A stretch of 64,000 bases of DNA from Macrostomum hystrix (GCA_950097015.1 CATNEN010000030.1:3720001-3784000), one strand, 5' to 3'. Shown: positions 12,672 through 25,674, numbered from the stretch's first letter. Notes: generated by a model not told the origin, from the letters alone. Made by a program: numbers and translations.

Positions 12672-15600
12672 ATGGGAAAGAAATCCAAGCATGAAAAGAA
12701 GTCAAAGAAGACCAAGAAAAGTAAGTCTAAGAAGCGCCATTCATCTTCTTCCTCATCTTCTGCTTCGTCCTCATCTGGCTCACCTGGCCATGCTGCAGGC
12801 GTCCAATGGGAGGAGAAGGCACCAGCTGCATCTGCGAAGCCTCGCAGTGATTGGTTTTCCAGTATCTCTGAGCAGGCAATGGAGGTCAATATATTTTTAG
12901 GCTCAGCCACCTCCAGCAAGATTCGTGCCGCTGAGAAGGAGCGCGCCGCACGCGAGGCTGCGGAACATGGTGCGGGGCTGATAATTAACCGAGAGTCTGC
13001 GGCTGCTGCGGAGAATTTAAAACAGCCGCAACAGGGGGCACAGGCGCCGCAGCCTCCACAGGCTCAGGATTGGTACAGGCGCGCATATCGTCGCTGTCAG
13101 GAGCAAGCCCAGGAGCAAGGGCGCTCTCTAGAAGAGGTCGCCGCTGAAAGATGGGGTAGTCTAGAGAGATTGCGAAATCTTATGGGCAGCAGCGCCGGCT
13201 CATCTGAAGGTCATTCAAACCGGAGTGATGGACATGTGCCACGGCGGACACAGCGCCAGCGTGATGAAAAATACTGTGGGCAAGATAGGCGTCACCATGG
13301 TGACAGGCGGCGTCTAGAGACTAGCGAAGATGATCGCAGGTCGTCATCGGATAGCAAAAGACCTGAAGCTGATGAGCGAAAGTCAGAAAAGTTCGAGGGG
13401 TTTCATCAGTCAGGTCTAAACTGGCGCCGACCAGATGCTGACAATGAGCGTCGTCGGTCAGATGCCAACTGGCACCGACCAGATGCTGACAATGAACAGC
13501 GTCGGTCAGATGCCAACTGGCGCCGACCAGATGCTGACAATGAACGTCGTCGGTCAGATGCCAACTGGCGCCGACCAGATGCTGACAATGAACGTCGTCG
13601 GTCAGATGCCAACTGGCGCCGACCAGATGCTGACAATGAACAGCGTGGGTCAGAAGCAAGCTCGCACCGATCTGATACTGATGTTCAACAACAGCCACCA
13701 AGAGCGCGCCAATCCGAGAGTAGTGGACGGGCCCAACCGGCTTCTGGCGCTCGAGATGCATCGTCTGAAGTGCCTGAAGCAGCTAGTATTAAGAACGAAA
13801 TGGTCACAGTAGAAGAGGAGCGTCACGTTCGTCAGGACGACATCAACCAGTTATCAGCACAGATAATGCGCGCACAAATGGACGGCGACAAGGTAAAGGC
13901 AGGCAAATTGGAGAAGCGTCTTGCCGTGATGCGAGAGGCGCAGAGGCGCAATGTGAAAGTGCGCATTAAACAACGCGTTGCCAAAACTGCTGCGGAGGCA
14001 ACTACCGCTTCAGGGCAAAAATCTTCATCGACAGCGCCTAAGCGTCCGAATTTAAACGCCCTTGGCGCGTCAGCTTCCATTGAAGAGATGCGCGCTCACG
14101 AGCGTTTGATCGATTCGCGCGCAATGCAGTTGGACTTTGCTGGCGCTTGGCGTCAGGCTCCTTCCACTGCTGATGCAGACGACCCAACCGGCGAGTACGA
14201 AGATCAGACTTTGGCTAGCAAGACGAAGCGACCGCGCCAGTTAGAGAAGTCCGCGGACCGTGACCGATCCCTGGCCGGCCAGAAAATGAGAGCTTCTGGA
14301 CGCCAATGTGACCTATGCTTAGAGGGCGCCAGCAGCACTGATTCTGAGACTGAAAGGCTAAGGCGCGGTCTGATAGTGGAATGCGGCTCTCGCGTCTACC
14401 TTCGGCTGCCGGATGTTTGCTCTCTGGTTGATAAGCACTGCTTACTAAGCACTGTCAACCACGTGACCTGCTGCGCCGAACTAGACGATGACGCGTTCGC
14501 CGAGTTGGAGCGTTTGAAACGGCGCCTAGTTGAACTGCTGAGCAAGCTCGACTTGGACTGTGTGTTTGTTGAAACAGCGAAATGTCTTAATCGGCATCCG
14601 CACCTGCTTGTGGAAGCATTCCCGCTGCCAAAGGAGGTCGGAGATTCAGCCGCTATATATTTCAACAAGGCGCTGGGCGTAAGTAGAGATTGCAAGAATA
14701 TGTTAGCACTTAGGATTCTCTTAAACGCATGTTATTAGACGCGTTAACAGTAGGACTACCTAGCCATTTTATACCAAGGGGGTATCCCGAAATCTTTTTG
14801 GCTTCGCCTGAATGCTGATAAAAGCATTGGGTGGTGATTGATTAGTTGACAGACTAGGCGAGGGTGTCCTGTGGTTGAGCTCCGCCTAATATAATATTTC
14901 ACAGCTTGATCTGTGAAATTGGAGCAGTTCGCGTCAGGGTGTCCGATAGTGGCCTATTTCCACCTGTTGTAGCCCTTGAAGGTCAAGCAAATCCGTTTAG
15001 ATAAGGTAGGTGACCACCGAAGTCGGAGGTGATGCAGGCACATTCGGGTGACATGCTGATAAATTTTGAAGGCCTGGCAAGGCCGCATTGAGACGCAGTG
15101 CTAATTCGTGTATAGGGATGTATGAAATACACTAACGCTTATGAGAAAAAAAGACGTTCGGCTAAAAACATTGAATATCTCGACGGTCTGAAGAGCTGGC
15201 GACTTGTTTCTTGTTTCAGAAGATGCGCAACAAAAAGTTGGCCGTGTTCTTATGTTTCGTGTGCTTGCATTGTTCCGTTCGGGTGCAGCGAAAAAAATTG
15301 TCATTGGGGGAATTCCCCAATGTACTCGTATTCCCCAAGAATTCTACTGTCAAAACATCACAGGATAATAGAAAACTTCGGCAATCAGTTTTTGTTTGAT
15401 AATTGAAGGCCATATTAGTCTTATTTTCGCCTTACCCACTCACTCACCACCCGGCTCAGGATGCCGGACCCGAGTGGGCAACAAATCACAAAGCGGTGCC
15501 ACTGCGCGACATGGACATTCGTCGCACTGTGCCGCGCGGCTTTCCCTATCTAGCCGTTGAATTCGGTCGCGACAGCGGCCTAGTGCACGTCATTGAAGAC

Positions 15601-15780
15601 GAAGCAGCATTCCCGGCTTGCTTTGGTCGCGAAGTGATCGCCGGCATGCTGGACCTGCCGCACGAGCTGTGGCGCAAGCCGAAGCGCGACAGCTGGGAAG
15701 CTCTGCTAGCCAAAGCCTCGGAATTTCGCTTCTTCTGGTCCGGTCAAGGAGACGTTGTTGTTAGGCAGCAGGACGAATGA
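12672..15780 (+). CDS. CWF19L2: CWF19-like protein 2 (CwfJ C-terminal domains), exons 12672-14678 and 15460-15780, ~775 aa
   Basis: Lys/Ser-rich N-terminus; CDLC zinc motif; HCLL..NHV; CVFVETA; EAFPLPKEVGDSAAIYFNKAL|GDAGPEWATNHK junction; VPRGFPYLAVEFG...HVIEDE..FP..FGREVIAGMLDL. Donor GGC|GTAAGT and acceptor CTCAG|GAT are both phase 0. Confidence 0.93.
13420..13660 (+). repeat. Coding minisatellite, 5 x 48 bp (NWRRPDADNERRRSDA) inside CWF19L2
   Basis: Five 16-aa units visible in both DNA and translation. Confidence 0.9.
14760..15350 (+). mobile_element. Unclassified interspersed repeat family C (~600 bp) in the CWF19L2 intron
   Basis: Colinear similarity to 51600-52140 (GCATTGGGTGGTGA...GACATGCTGATAAATTT...GAAGAGCTGGCGACTTG...CAGAAGATGCGCAACAAAAAGTTGG) and, inverted, to 29600-29705. 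Confidence 0.8.
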
Positions 15781-17796
15781 GAAATGAAGCTTCGAGATTT
15801 TAATCTTTGAAACCATGGTTAAAATACGCGAGCTATATTTCATGTAATTTGCTTATCTGCTGCTACTTCACATTTTTTTCCCTTAAATACAAATTCAAAG
15901 CATGGAAATAAACTTGCAGTATACTAAGCTATTTCAATAATTATGCATTTTTCTGATAAGCATAAGAAACCAGCATTTACATTTTACTGCTTAGAAAAAG
16001 TACACAAAGAAGTATCTTTCTTTGTCTACATTTCTTCTACTGTAAGTAGTATTCATCAGACAGCAAATAAATTAAAAAATTAATGTTGTTTCCACAACGC
16101 TGAATAATCTTTCCTAATTTATTAAAACAGTCTGAGTAGGAGTACTAACGGGTGAACTTGTAGAATATTTTGACCCTCTCTTGCCGTCTCGGTTGTCCAA
16201 CACAGTCATCTTTTAAGGTAACGTTGGTGCCTGGATCCTAGAAAATAATGCATATATTTACGCTTTACTTACGTAATAAAAATAAATCTGTTAATTTTCG
16301 AATTTTACTAACTGGTAATAATCATTTACCTAAATGGAACAGGAATATTTTCAGGAAAATCCGTATTGTGTAATAATTAATGTTGTAATTAGGCGTACAG
16401 CACGAAAATCATGGATATCGGTTAAGAGTTTTTCGTTTAAATTTTAGCAAGCACATCAGAGCTCTAGCGAAGTCAAAAAGGGTCTTTGCCGACTGAAATG
16501 GCACGGCTAGGTTGGGAATTTTATCCTGCCGACGCTGCGGAATGGCTATCACGACATTTCGAAGACATTATTTTTAGGGCTGGGCAGCTAACCTAATAAA
16601 CAGGAATAGCGCCCCACAATAAAGCCAAATGTCTTCTTATCTGGGAGTCGACATCGAATTCCGATTTAAAATTAGCCTGTAATAGCTTCCCTGGTAATGC
16701 AGATTGTTCTTTGTTGTGATTGATTATAATATTTTTATTGAGATACAATTACGATTAATGTATTCTAAGCTAAGTCAAAGTGTCACCCTAGCCGAGAGAA
16801 ATGTTATAACGCCGCTTGCCCTGCTACGGTTTTCACCGCTAGAGGTTTAGCAAATCGTGTTTTTTGGAATTAGAAAGAAAAAAAACTAGGTGAGATAACA
16901 AATATCTCTAAGTGCGATGTAATGCCGAAATAAATATTTGCATAACTGAAAACTATTTATAGAATAGGAGTTCAGTAAACTGTCTGTCAGCAGCCGCGGA
17001 AAATAGCATTGTATTTTTATATGTTGGAGTCTGGATTTAACATCCAGAAGAAGACCAAAGTGCGCTTTCTTTCGATAAGATGGTGGAACAGAGGTTAGCT
17101 GGACGAGTGATGAAACAGTGGGTCTAGAACACTTCCGTCTAGACGAAATTCGGCCGCCTAAATTCAGAAACAGACACAGAGGGAGAGTTCGAAAAAAGAG
17201 TTGCGAATGCAAGAAAGTCGCGGTTTGAAGTAGACAGACAAGTATCTAGAACAGCAAAGAAATTAGCGAAAATTTGATGGCCACTTGTGCAAGAATGGTT
17301 TCAAGAGCAGCGACACTTTCAATGCCGTCATGCCAAATGTGTGCAATAGTCTGCCACAATACGAAAAATTGATGACGCAGAAGCATAAGGAAAGAATAAA
17401 ATTATTATTATTACGAGTAAATTTGCTGGTTAGAAGTGTACTAATTACTACAGTTGAGTACATACCAAACAAATTGGGACATTGGGAGCTAATCAGTGTG
17501 TACAGTTACGCAAAAAGGTGAGAAAACAGTTTTTTTATCACGAAGTATGAGAAAATACATAGAAGCTACAGAAGGATAAGTAAGAAAAAACAGAACAAGT
17601 ACGCATACGAGCCAGCCTGGTAAGACAATTTAAATCTAGTATCCATCCAAAATAATCTAATGTCAAGATAATAGACTCTGTACTTTAGGACCACCCATAG
17701 CTAGCCGTGGTCCTAATTATTAGATAGGCTCTCAAATGAAAACAGAACCAATGAAAACTACCAACCCGCTGCTGGTCGCTATAAAAAAGCGGATTT

Positions 17797-20113
17797 TCAT
17801 TCCTTGGCAAACCAGCCGTACACCTGCTGCTGGGCGCAGGTGCTCAACGCGGACAGGAACCGCACCAGGCCGGTGTCCATCGGCCTGTCCAAGCCGCGCA
17901 GCATCCGGTGCTTCATCACCGAGACGAACTCTTTGTTGCTAAGATGCATATCGCCGTCCTCATCGAATAGAACAAAGACCACATCGAGTACGTGATCGTC
18001 TAGCTCAATGCCGGCAACGGTAACTGCGACGTGCTTGAAGGTGGACTTGTCAATGGCGGCTCCGGCTGCAGAAATCAGAGAGCGATGGTGAATAAATAAA
18101 TAAAAATATGCAATGTCGTTTAGTGGATTAGTACACGTTGTACAGTCCATGGACTGGGTGGGGCTACCCCCCAGATGCCCCGCCCAAATTGAATAAAAAA
18201 CTCTAATTAAATAGACTAACCCAGGTGATAGAAGGTTAGCGCCGTATCAACATCGGCGATGCACTTCAGCAGCTGGGCGAATTCGGCGTACTGCTTGAAC
18301 GAGATCCCGTTCGGCTCGGCAGCTTTCTTCTCCATCTTATCGTCGTCGTCATTGTCGTCGTCTCCGCCTTTGCCGAAGGCCTCGCGCACCCGGCGCAGCA
18401 TCTTGCGCTTCTTAGCCTCGGGAAATCCGGCGTAGGTGATGAGCAGGCGGGCGAAGCTCAGCTCGGAGATTCGGTCGCGCTCGTCCGGCTGGTAGCGATC
18501 GAACTCGATGCGGTTGAGCTCGCGCTGCAGGCGGGCTTGGAATTCCAGCATGCGGGCCACGCTCAGAGTGCCCTGGCCAGTCTCGCCAAAGAAGTACGTA
18601 GCCAGAGCAGTGTTCATCTCAGCCTTGAGAGTGTTGCCCGTGGTGCTGTGGTCGCGGTGCCGCTTGCCAACGTTGCTTTGGTCGCGCAGGATGGCCTGAA
18701 CTCGGCCGAATTCTTCAATGTCCAGATTTCCGTCCGAGTTTAGGTCGAACATGCGAAAGGCGATCTCAAACTGGCGCGGCGCGGTGCTGAGAACGGTGAG
18801 CAGGAATACGTAATCGCTGAAGCTGATCAGGGCCTTGTCGCCGAGGGTGTAAAACACGGAGTCCGGCCGGATCTGAAATCCCATCGGAGAAGGGATTAAA
18901 TGTAGGAGGAAACACTTCAGATAGAAGTCAGAAAGCTCCGAAATCCGCTCCCTGGCCCGCCTCCACACTCCCTTCATCTCATCTCTCTCTGTTCTATTTA
19001 TCCTCTGTTTCACCTTTCTGTCTCGCCTTGCTCCGCCAGTCTTTCTTATCTCAATCTGCCTGTCTCATGTCTCCGATCTCGTCCTACTCTGCCTGTCTCG
19101 CCCCTACTCTGCCTGTCTCGTCCTACTCTGCCTGTCTCGCCCCTACTCTGCCTGTCTCGTCCTACTCTGCCTGTCTCGTCCTACTCTGCCTGTCTCGCCC
19201 CTACTCTGCCTGTCTCGTCCTACTCTGCCTGTCTCAAGTCTCCTATCTCGTCCGACTCTGCCTCTCTGCCTGTCTCGTCCAACTCTCCTGTCTCGTCCCA
19301 TTGCCTATCTCGTCCTACTCTGCCTGTCTCAAGTCCCTCCATATTAATCGCTCCGTATCAAATCCCTTAACCAGATTACGTAATTTTCCACTTCTCCGTC
19401 TATCTATTTTCTCCCTGTCCCAACAACATCCCGACTCAAATAGATCAACAACGAGAAAAACTTCTCACCTCCAGTTTTAACCCGTCCTTAGTTGGATCGT
19501 AGCGCTGAAAGGAGTCCAAGCCAAGGCCCTCAGGCTGCTTGACTCCCGGGGTGATGCTGCGCACGAAATCAGCCGGCGTCATCAGCACCTGGGTGGAGCC
19601 GTCCGGCTCGACCCGCTGCAGCGTGGCGAAGTAGCGAAAAATCTTGTCAGGCGTGCTGTAGGACCGGATCCGGTCCTCGTAGGCGATGATCTTCCGGTCG
19701 CGAAAGCCAATGCGCTGCTTGTGCGGCTTCTCGTCTTTGTCCTCAACGTCGGCGCCATCTACAGAGTCCTTGTCATTGCCGCCAACTGGACTGTCCTCCT
19801 CCGTCACCTTTAGCATCTTCGCTTCGGCTCGAGGACCAACAAAGGCGCCGCTCCAGGAGGCAGCAACGAAGGCGCTTACAGCAGCGGCGGCAGCGGTGGC
19901 TGCGCCAACAGCGTACATTCGCCGACGAACCCGATCGGCATTCGCGTCGTCGTAATTGAAATCGTCCTCGTATTGCTGCTGCTGCTGCTGACGACGGCTG
20001 CCATCGGCCGAGGCAGCGCCGAGGCGAGAGGCGGCATTCGGGGCGCTCGAATAGGCGGCCGCCAACAGGCGGGCGGACACGCGAGCAACTGGCGAAACTA
20101 GCGAGGCGCGCAT
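17797..20113 (-). CDS. MICU1: Mitochondrial calcium uptake protein 1 (EF-hand), exons 20113-19469, 18872-18221, 18065-17797, ~521 aa
   Basis: Diagnostic IGFRDRKIIAYEDRIRSYSTPDKIFRYFAT; EF-hands FRMFDLNSDGNLDIEEF and FVLFDEDGDMHLSNKEF; Arg/Ala/Ser-rich presequence-like N-terminus; phase-consistent GT-AG introns. Confidence 0.95.
19010..19335. repeat. 19-20 bp pyrimidine-rich minisatellite (TCGTCCTACTCTGCCTGTC) in MICU1 intron 1
   Basis: Direct tandem units. Confidence 0.9.
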
Positions 20114-20260
20114 GCGGCCGGTTGGCTGGAAAATACAAGGACAAATAAGATGCGCGCTGACTACTGAGATGCGCGGCACTAAGTAGCATAATTAGATCAT
20201 GTTTCATGAACAGCAAAGCAAAAACTATCCTGCATAATGTGCTGCCTAATTTACCGAACT

Positions 20261-20470
20261 GACCCGCAGCCAGCGAGAGGCAATTCTGCCCATTTGGTTG
20301 ACTCCCGAGAACACACTCACACAGGTGAGTACATCTGCCCTGACTTTCTCATCGTCAGTCAGTGTACACTCTCACTGAGCCTTGGAGGTTGAACCTTTAT
20401 AGTATAAATTTCACGACAAGCCACCAGGCACCAAGCCTTCTCTCCGCTGCTGCGCCCGAAATAAATGTTT
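20261..20470 (-). mobile_element. SINE family A copy, headless
   Basis: Reverse complement matches the family A body (GCAGCGGAGAGAAGGCTTGG...GTGTACACTGACTGACGATGAGAAAGTCAGGGCAGATGTA). Confidence 0.8.
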
Positions 20471-20963
20471 TTAACAATTGAAACAATTTGAAAAAGAAAT
20501 TTTAACGCGAGAAATACTCGTATTAAGGCCGTGCTGAAAAGGCCGGAAAAGTAAACATACAGAGCAAGGAGATCGCAGAGACTGGGATTGAGCAATTAAA
20601 AGCCTTTCTGTTCCAGATAGTAATGAATTAATTTTATAAAAATTTTAAGACACTAAAAAACTAAGAATCTGCGTGGAGAGAAAAAGGCGGGAAAATGCTT
20701 CGGTAGAAAATATTTTTTTACTAGCAATTGCACACACTTTCCAAGAAACCGGATGTGAGACAAACTGTTAAAACAGAGTAGCTTGACATCTCGTATAATA
20801 AAGGCATTGGGTAAAAGCACCACAAAGATTTAGGAAAGACTGTGCCACTGAAGCACACCGCAGCATCTGAGTGCAATAGGAATTGTAAGAATAACTTTTG
20901 TGGTAAAACTCCAAAAACGGTTCAAGGCAAACAATCTCAAATAACAGTGAGACAAACCTTCTA

Positions 20964-21594
20964 TAAGGATCTGGGAAGTTGCTAGATCAGGTATGAGGAT
21001 CTGGGGAGTTGCTAGATCAGGTATGAGGATCTGGAGAGTTGCTAGATCAGGTATGAGGATCTGGGAAGTTGCTAGATCAGGTATGAGGATCTGGGAAGTT
21101 GCTAGATCAGGTATGAGGATCTGGGAAGTTGCTAGATCAGGTATGAGGATCTGGGGAGTTGCTAGATCAGGTATGAGGATCTGGAGAGTTGCTAGATCAG
21201 GTATGAGGATCTGGGAAGTTGCTAGATCAGGTATCGGGATCTGGGGAGTTGCTAGATCAGGTATGAGGATCTGAAAAGTTGCTAGATCAGGTATGAGGAT
21301 TTATAGAGTTGCTAGATCATGTATGAGGATCTGGGGAGTTGCTAGATCAGGTATGAGGATCTGGAGAGTTGCTAGATCAGGTATGAGGATCTGGGAAGTT
21401 GCTAGATCAGGTATCGGGATCTGGGGAGTTGCTAGATCAGGTATGAGGATCTAGAGAGTTGCTAGATCAGGTATGAGGATCTGGGAAGTTGCTAGATCAG
21501 GTATGAGGATTTATAGAGTTGCTAGATCAGGTATGAGGATCTGGGAAGTTGCTAGATCAGGTATGAGGATCTGGGGAGTTGCTAGATCAGGTAT
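20964..21594. repeat. 30-bp minisatellite (ATGAGGATCTGGGAAGTTGCTAGATCAGGT), ~21 units
   Basis: Direct tandem units with a few recurrent variants; no unique spacers. Confidence 0.95.
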
Positions 21595-21665
21595 TATGGG
21601 GAGTTTTCCTATCAAGCATGAGAATCTCCAGAGTCGGTTGATAATGAATCACGGGAGTTACGAGA

Positions 21666-23560
21666 TCAGCTAAGGCGCGCCAGTGTGGCTAAAAACTCAT
21701 TCAAACCAGTCGGCCCACCAGCCGATTCAAGTGAGGCCAACTCGTTGGCCAATTCCGACAGACGGTGAGGCGGTGGCGCTACATGCAGGGCATCCGGATG
21801 ACAAGTGCAAACGAACGGCCGATGAATTGGGTCGTCCAGAATAACATGGGCAGTGGCTAGCACCCTGGCGGACAATGGCTCACCGGCGCTCACAGACGAA
21901 CGATCTAGGCAGCACCAGTTGAGCAGGTTGTGCACCGGAATGCGATAGCCACAGGGCAGCCGGCAGACCTCCAGCAGGCTGACACAGCTCAACTCAAGGC
22001 TGTAGTGACGGCGCAGTTGGTTCAGGCAGGCCAGACAGCTGGAGGCCTGGTCGAAGCGTATCAGCAGGTAGCCGAGCGGATGGTCTAGGTCATCGACAGG
22101 CAGGAAGAACGATCTGCGAGTAAGAAATCAAAAGAAATCAGGATGGAATTTTTGTATTAAATTCTCAATAAAAAGATAAGGGCAGATAAGGTGGACAAGG
22201 TAGATAAGGGCCTGGAAATCTAGGTTGATGAGGGCCTGGAAATCTAGGTTGATGAGGGCCTGGAAATCTAGGTTGATGAGGGCCTGGAAATCTAGGTTGA
22301 TGAGGGCCTGGAAATCTAGGTTGATCAAATGCTTGATGGAATCAAACATTTTAGTTCTTTTAAAGCCTTCCGGTTTATTAGAAATGTATTGTACTCTCCC
22401 TGTACGCTTTGATTGAATTTTCTAGTGTTAACATTACTTGGTTATTAATTTTCAATCTTTAATCCACAGATTTTTACCTGGCCTCCGGCATAATCTGTGT
22501 GAATCGTCGCAGTAGACTGTCAGGCGAATGCAGTATGTTAGCCGGCAAATTGCTAGCCAGTAGGTGCTGGCACTGAATATCCTCGGCCAGCTTTAGTGGC
22601 ACCGGACAAAAGTACATTCTAGTCCAGCGACGCAAATAATCCTGCGAGTCAGACGCCAGAACCCGCACGCAGTCAAGCTGGGTGGTCTCCGGGAAGCGCG
22701 ATTCGAAATGCGACGAACGAAGGCGTCGTTCAACGCGACGGGCTGAGAGACGCCAGCCACCTGGAACCGGCGCGGTCTCTAGCTAGTGCTGGAGAGTACA
22801 TTTCTACCTTAGCTAGTGCTGGAGAGTACATTTCTACCCTAGCTAGTGCTGGAGAGTACATTTCTACCTTAGCTAGTGCTGGAGAGTACATTTCTACCCT
22901 AGCTAGTGCTGGAGAGTACATTTCTACCCTAGCTAGTGCTGGAGAGTACATTTCTTCTACCCTAGCTAGTGCTGGAGAGTACATTTCTACCCTAGCTAGT
23001 GCTGGAGAGTACATTTCTATCCTAGCTAGTGCTGGAGAGTACATTTCTACCCTAGCTAGTGCTGGAGAGTACATTTCTACTCTAGCTAGTGCTGGAGAGT
23101 ACATTTCTACCCTAGCTAGTGCTGGAGAGTACATTTCTACCCTAGCTAGTGCTGGAGAGTACATTTCTACCCTAGCTAGTGCTGGTACCCATTTAGCAAG
23201 AAACTAACCCTTGTCGCCTCGCCTAGAAGGAATGAGCGACAGATCACATTCCTGAGAGCTGCCGGCAAACATCAGCACCGTCTTACTGTCGGACTCGGGG
23301 ACCACGACAAGCTCGTCGGAGTCCGCCAGAAGGCGTCGACGGAAAATACGACGAAATGCCCGATGCAGAGCGGCGTCGCAAACGGACACTGGCAGGCCAT
23401 AGACGATTATGTAGCACAGCTCGCTCGACTCGAACTCCAGACCGTCGGCGGTGGCCGGCGTAATGGCTACAGCGGCAGAGTCGGCCGAACGGTGACTCTT
23501 CTTGCGAGATCGCCTCGCTGACGGCTGGGTGTCTTCGTCGGCCTGAAGGTGGCGCGACAT
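21666..23560 (-). CDS. Hypothetical protein with divergent RRM-like segments, exons 23560-23209, 22778-22478, 22113-21666 (~366 aa from ATG 23560)
   Basis: The three GC-rich segments join in phase via GT-AG. RNP2-like YIIVYGLP and HLLASNLP; RNP1-like LGYLLIRF followed by an amphipathic helix (ASSCLACLNQLR). The domain call is by pattern only. Confidence 0.6.
22203..22325. repeat. 24-bp minisatellite x5 in an intron of the RRM-like gene
   Basis: GATGAGGGCCTGGAAATCTAGGTT tandem units. Confidence 0.9.
22779..23185. repeat. 30-bp minisatellite (~13 units) forming almost an entire intron
   Basis: CTAGCTAGTGCTGGAGAGTACATTTCTACC tandem units between the donor at 23208 and the acceptor at 22779. 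Confidence 0.95.
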
Positions 23561-23602
23561 TTTAATCTCAACTCCGCTCCTTAGGTAAAAAAGTTTGTTC
23601 TG

Positions 23603-23790
23603 CTTCTGTCTCTTCAGAAACTCTCTTTACTGCTTCTGAAACTCTCTTTGCTGCTTCTGAAACTCTCTTTGCTGCTTCTGAAACTCTCTTTGCTGCTTCT
23701 GAAACTCTCTTTGATGCTTCTGAAACTCTCTTTGCTGCTTCTGAAACTCTCTTTGCTGCTTCTGAAACTCTCTTTGATGCTTCTGAAACC
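23603..23790. repeat. 21-bp minisatellite (~9 units)
   Basis: TTCTGAAACTCTCTTTGCTGC tandem units. Confidence 0.9.
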
Positions 23791-23942
23791 CGATTTATTC
23801 TGAAGTCCCATTTCTTCTGAAACCCCATTGTCACGAAAGGAAACGAGTTTGATTTGGTTAAGACAGCAAGAAAAGCAAGACTAGCAGCACTAGCAAGAAA
23901 ATATAAGAAAATACCGAAGAATAAATGGCACAAAATACTCAC

Positions 23943-24515
23943 TTCAATCGACTTTGACTTAGATCGCTTCTTTTGCCTGCGTTTCTGCCGCACATCGACA
24001 ATTATTTCTTTAGAATCGAAAATATTCGCATCACATTTAGTGGTAGTCGCAGGAACTAGATCTTCGAAAGGTTGGTTATCTAGCAACTTGTGCACTGTCT
24101 GAGGTTCCATTCCAGTTGATAAAACGTCGTTTGCAGTACAGTCATAGACAACTTTGGGAGGACACCGTTTTTCTAGATTCATATTTTCAGGCTTACACAA
24201 CAGATGGTCTTGCAGATTCTCCACATTCGGCTCATCTACCTCATTGTGTTGCAGATTCACCTCAATCGGCTGATCTACCTCATTGTCTTGCAGATTCTCC
24301 TCATTCGGCTCATCTACCTCATTGTGTTGCAGATTCACCTCAATCGGCTCATCTACCTCATTGTGTTGCAGATTCACCTCAATCGGCTGATCTACCTCAT
24401 TGTCTTGCAGATTCTCCTCATTCGGCTCATCTACCTCATTGTGTTGCAGATTCTCCTCATTCGGCTGATCTACCAGATTGGCGGTCTCTAGACTCAGTTG
24501 CTGATTTTCACTCAT
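23943..24515 (-). CDS. Probable acidic exon containing 7 x 13-aa repeats; may be the 5' exon of the RRM-like gene or a separate short gene
   Basis: ATG 24515, open frame, strong donor GAA|GTGAGT at 23942, basic KRRQKKRSKSK patch. The join to the next exon is not cleanly resolved. Confidence 0.5.
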
Positions 24516-24721
24516 TTGATCACTAGTTTAGTAGTTTTAGTTGTGTTTGCTATTCTGGACACCTGGAAATGAGCGCACTGGTTTATATATTTTCACTTCA
24601 CTTGCAAATTTCGTGCTCCGGAATAGCTCCAACCTGATCACGGCTAGTTAGCGACTGAAAATGGTAGATGGGATTACGTATATTGAGAGTGATAAAAGTG
24701 GCGGAGCTATAAGACGTCTTG

Positions 24722-24965
24722 CATATTTATCTGAGGGCGCAGCCGCAGAGAGAAGGCTTGGGGGGCTTGTCGTGCAATTCACGTCCACGAGGACCGCAGT
24801 GAGGGAAAGTATGAGAGGGCCTAGGGCTTATGTACTCATAGACACGTGTCAAGTGTGCATCTGCGTATCCGTGTGCGCGTGCGTGTGAGTAATGAGGGGT
24901 CAGCGAAATAGGCAGAATTGGCACCACGCTGGCTGAGGGTCCACTATCGCCAAATTATGCGGTCA
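24722..24965 (+). mobile_element. SINE family A copy, diverged and headless
   Basis: GGCGCAGCCGCAGAGAGAAGGCTTGGGGGGCTTGTCGTGCAATT...GTCAGCGAAATAGGCAGAATTG matches the family A body. Confidence 0.75.
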
Positions 24966-25674
24966 TACCCAAGACTTCGTGAACTAAGCTAAAGCTTATT
25001 CCAGTGAGGGAGAATTCCAGGTTAGAAATATGGAAAAATTCCGACTGGAAGACATCCCGACTGGGAAATCTGGATTCTCATGCTGCCCTAAAAATTGGCC
25101 TGTCCAAATAACATTAAGAGATCTTGTAAAAAACAAAAAGGAGGAAAAAGCAAATCACTTCCCAGTGAGAGAAAATGAATGAGCCATTCCCGGGCTAAAT
25201 GCCTGCGCATGATTTATTGAATAAAAGACAAACATGTGAATAAATAAATTATCAGCTCAATGGGGCTAGCTAAAGTAAAACGCGCCAAAACACGCTATAT
25301 TTCCAGAGGGAAAAATAGAGCAGCAATCAGGCGACAATGGAAGCGAGTTTGGGGCAACACAAACTAAAGCTGGGGAGATCTAGACTTCATGCGGACCAGA
25401 TAAGTGTGAGGAAAGTTGCTTTCTGCAAACTGGGGAGGCACAACCAAATGAATGACGCAAGAGACAGTTATGGCTAGCGAATAAAGTAGCCAACACCGAG
25501 AGAACGAAGGAATGACAAATTAACCTCGGTCTAAAAATAGATAGGAAACAAGGCCCCGCATTAAAAACTCGAGGCACCAACGAGCACAAATAGGAAACAA
25601 ATACACATACATACGAGTACATACACAAGCGGGCTATTCACTGCAAAGCCACAGATGTAAGAGACAAGATAAAA

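Noticed and set aside
14760-15350. Family C as a Helitron or snoRNA
   Set aside because: The GGGGAATTCCCC hairpin is in one copy only and lacks a following CTRR; there is no canonical RUGAUGA box and the element is too long for a snoRNA.
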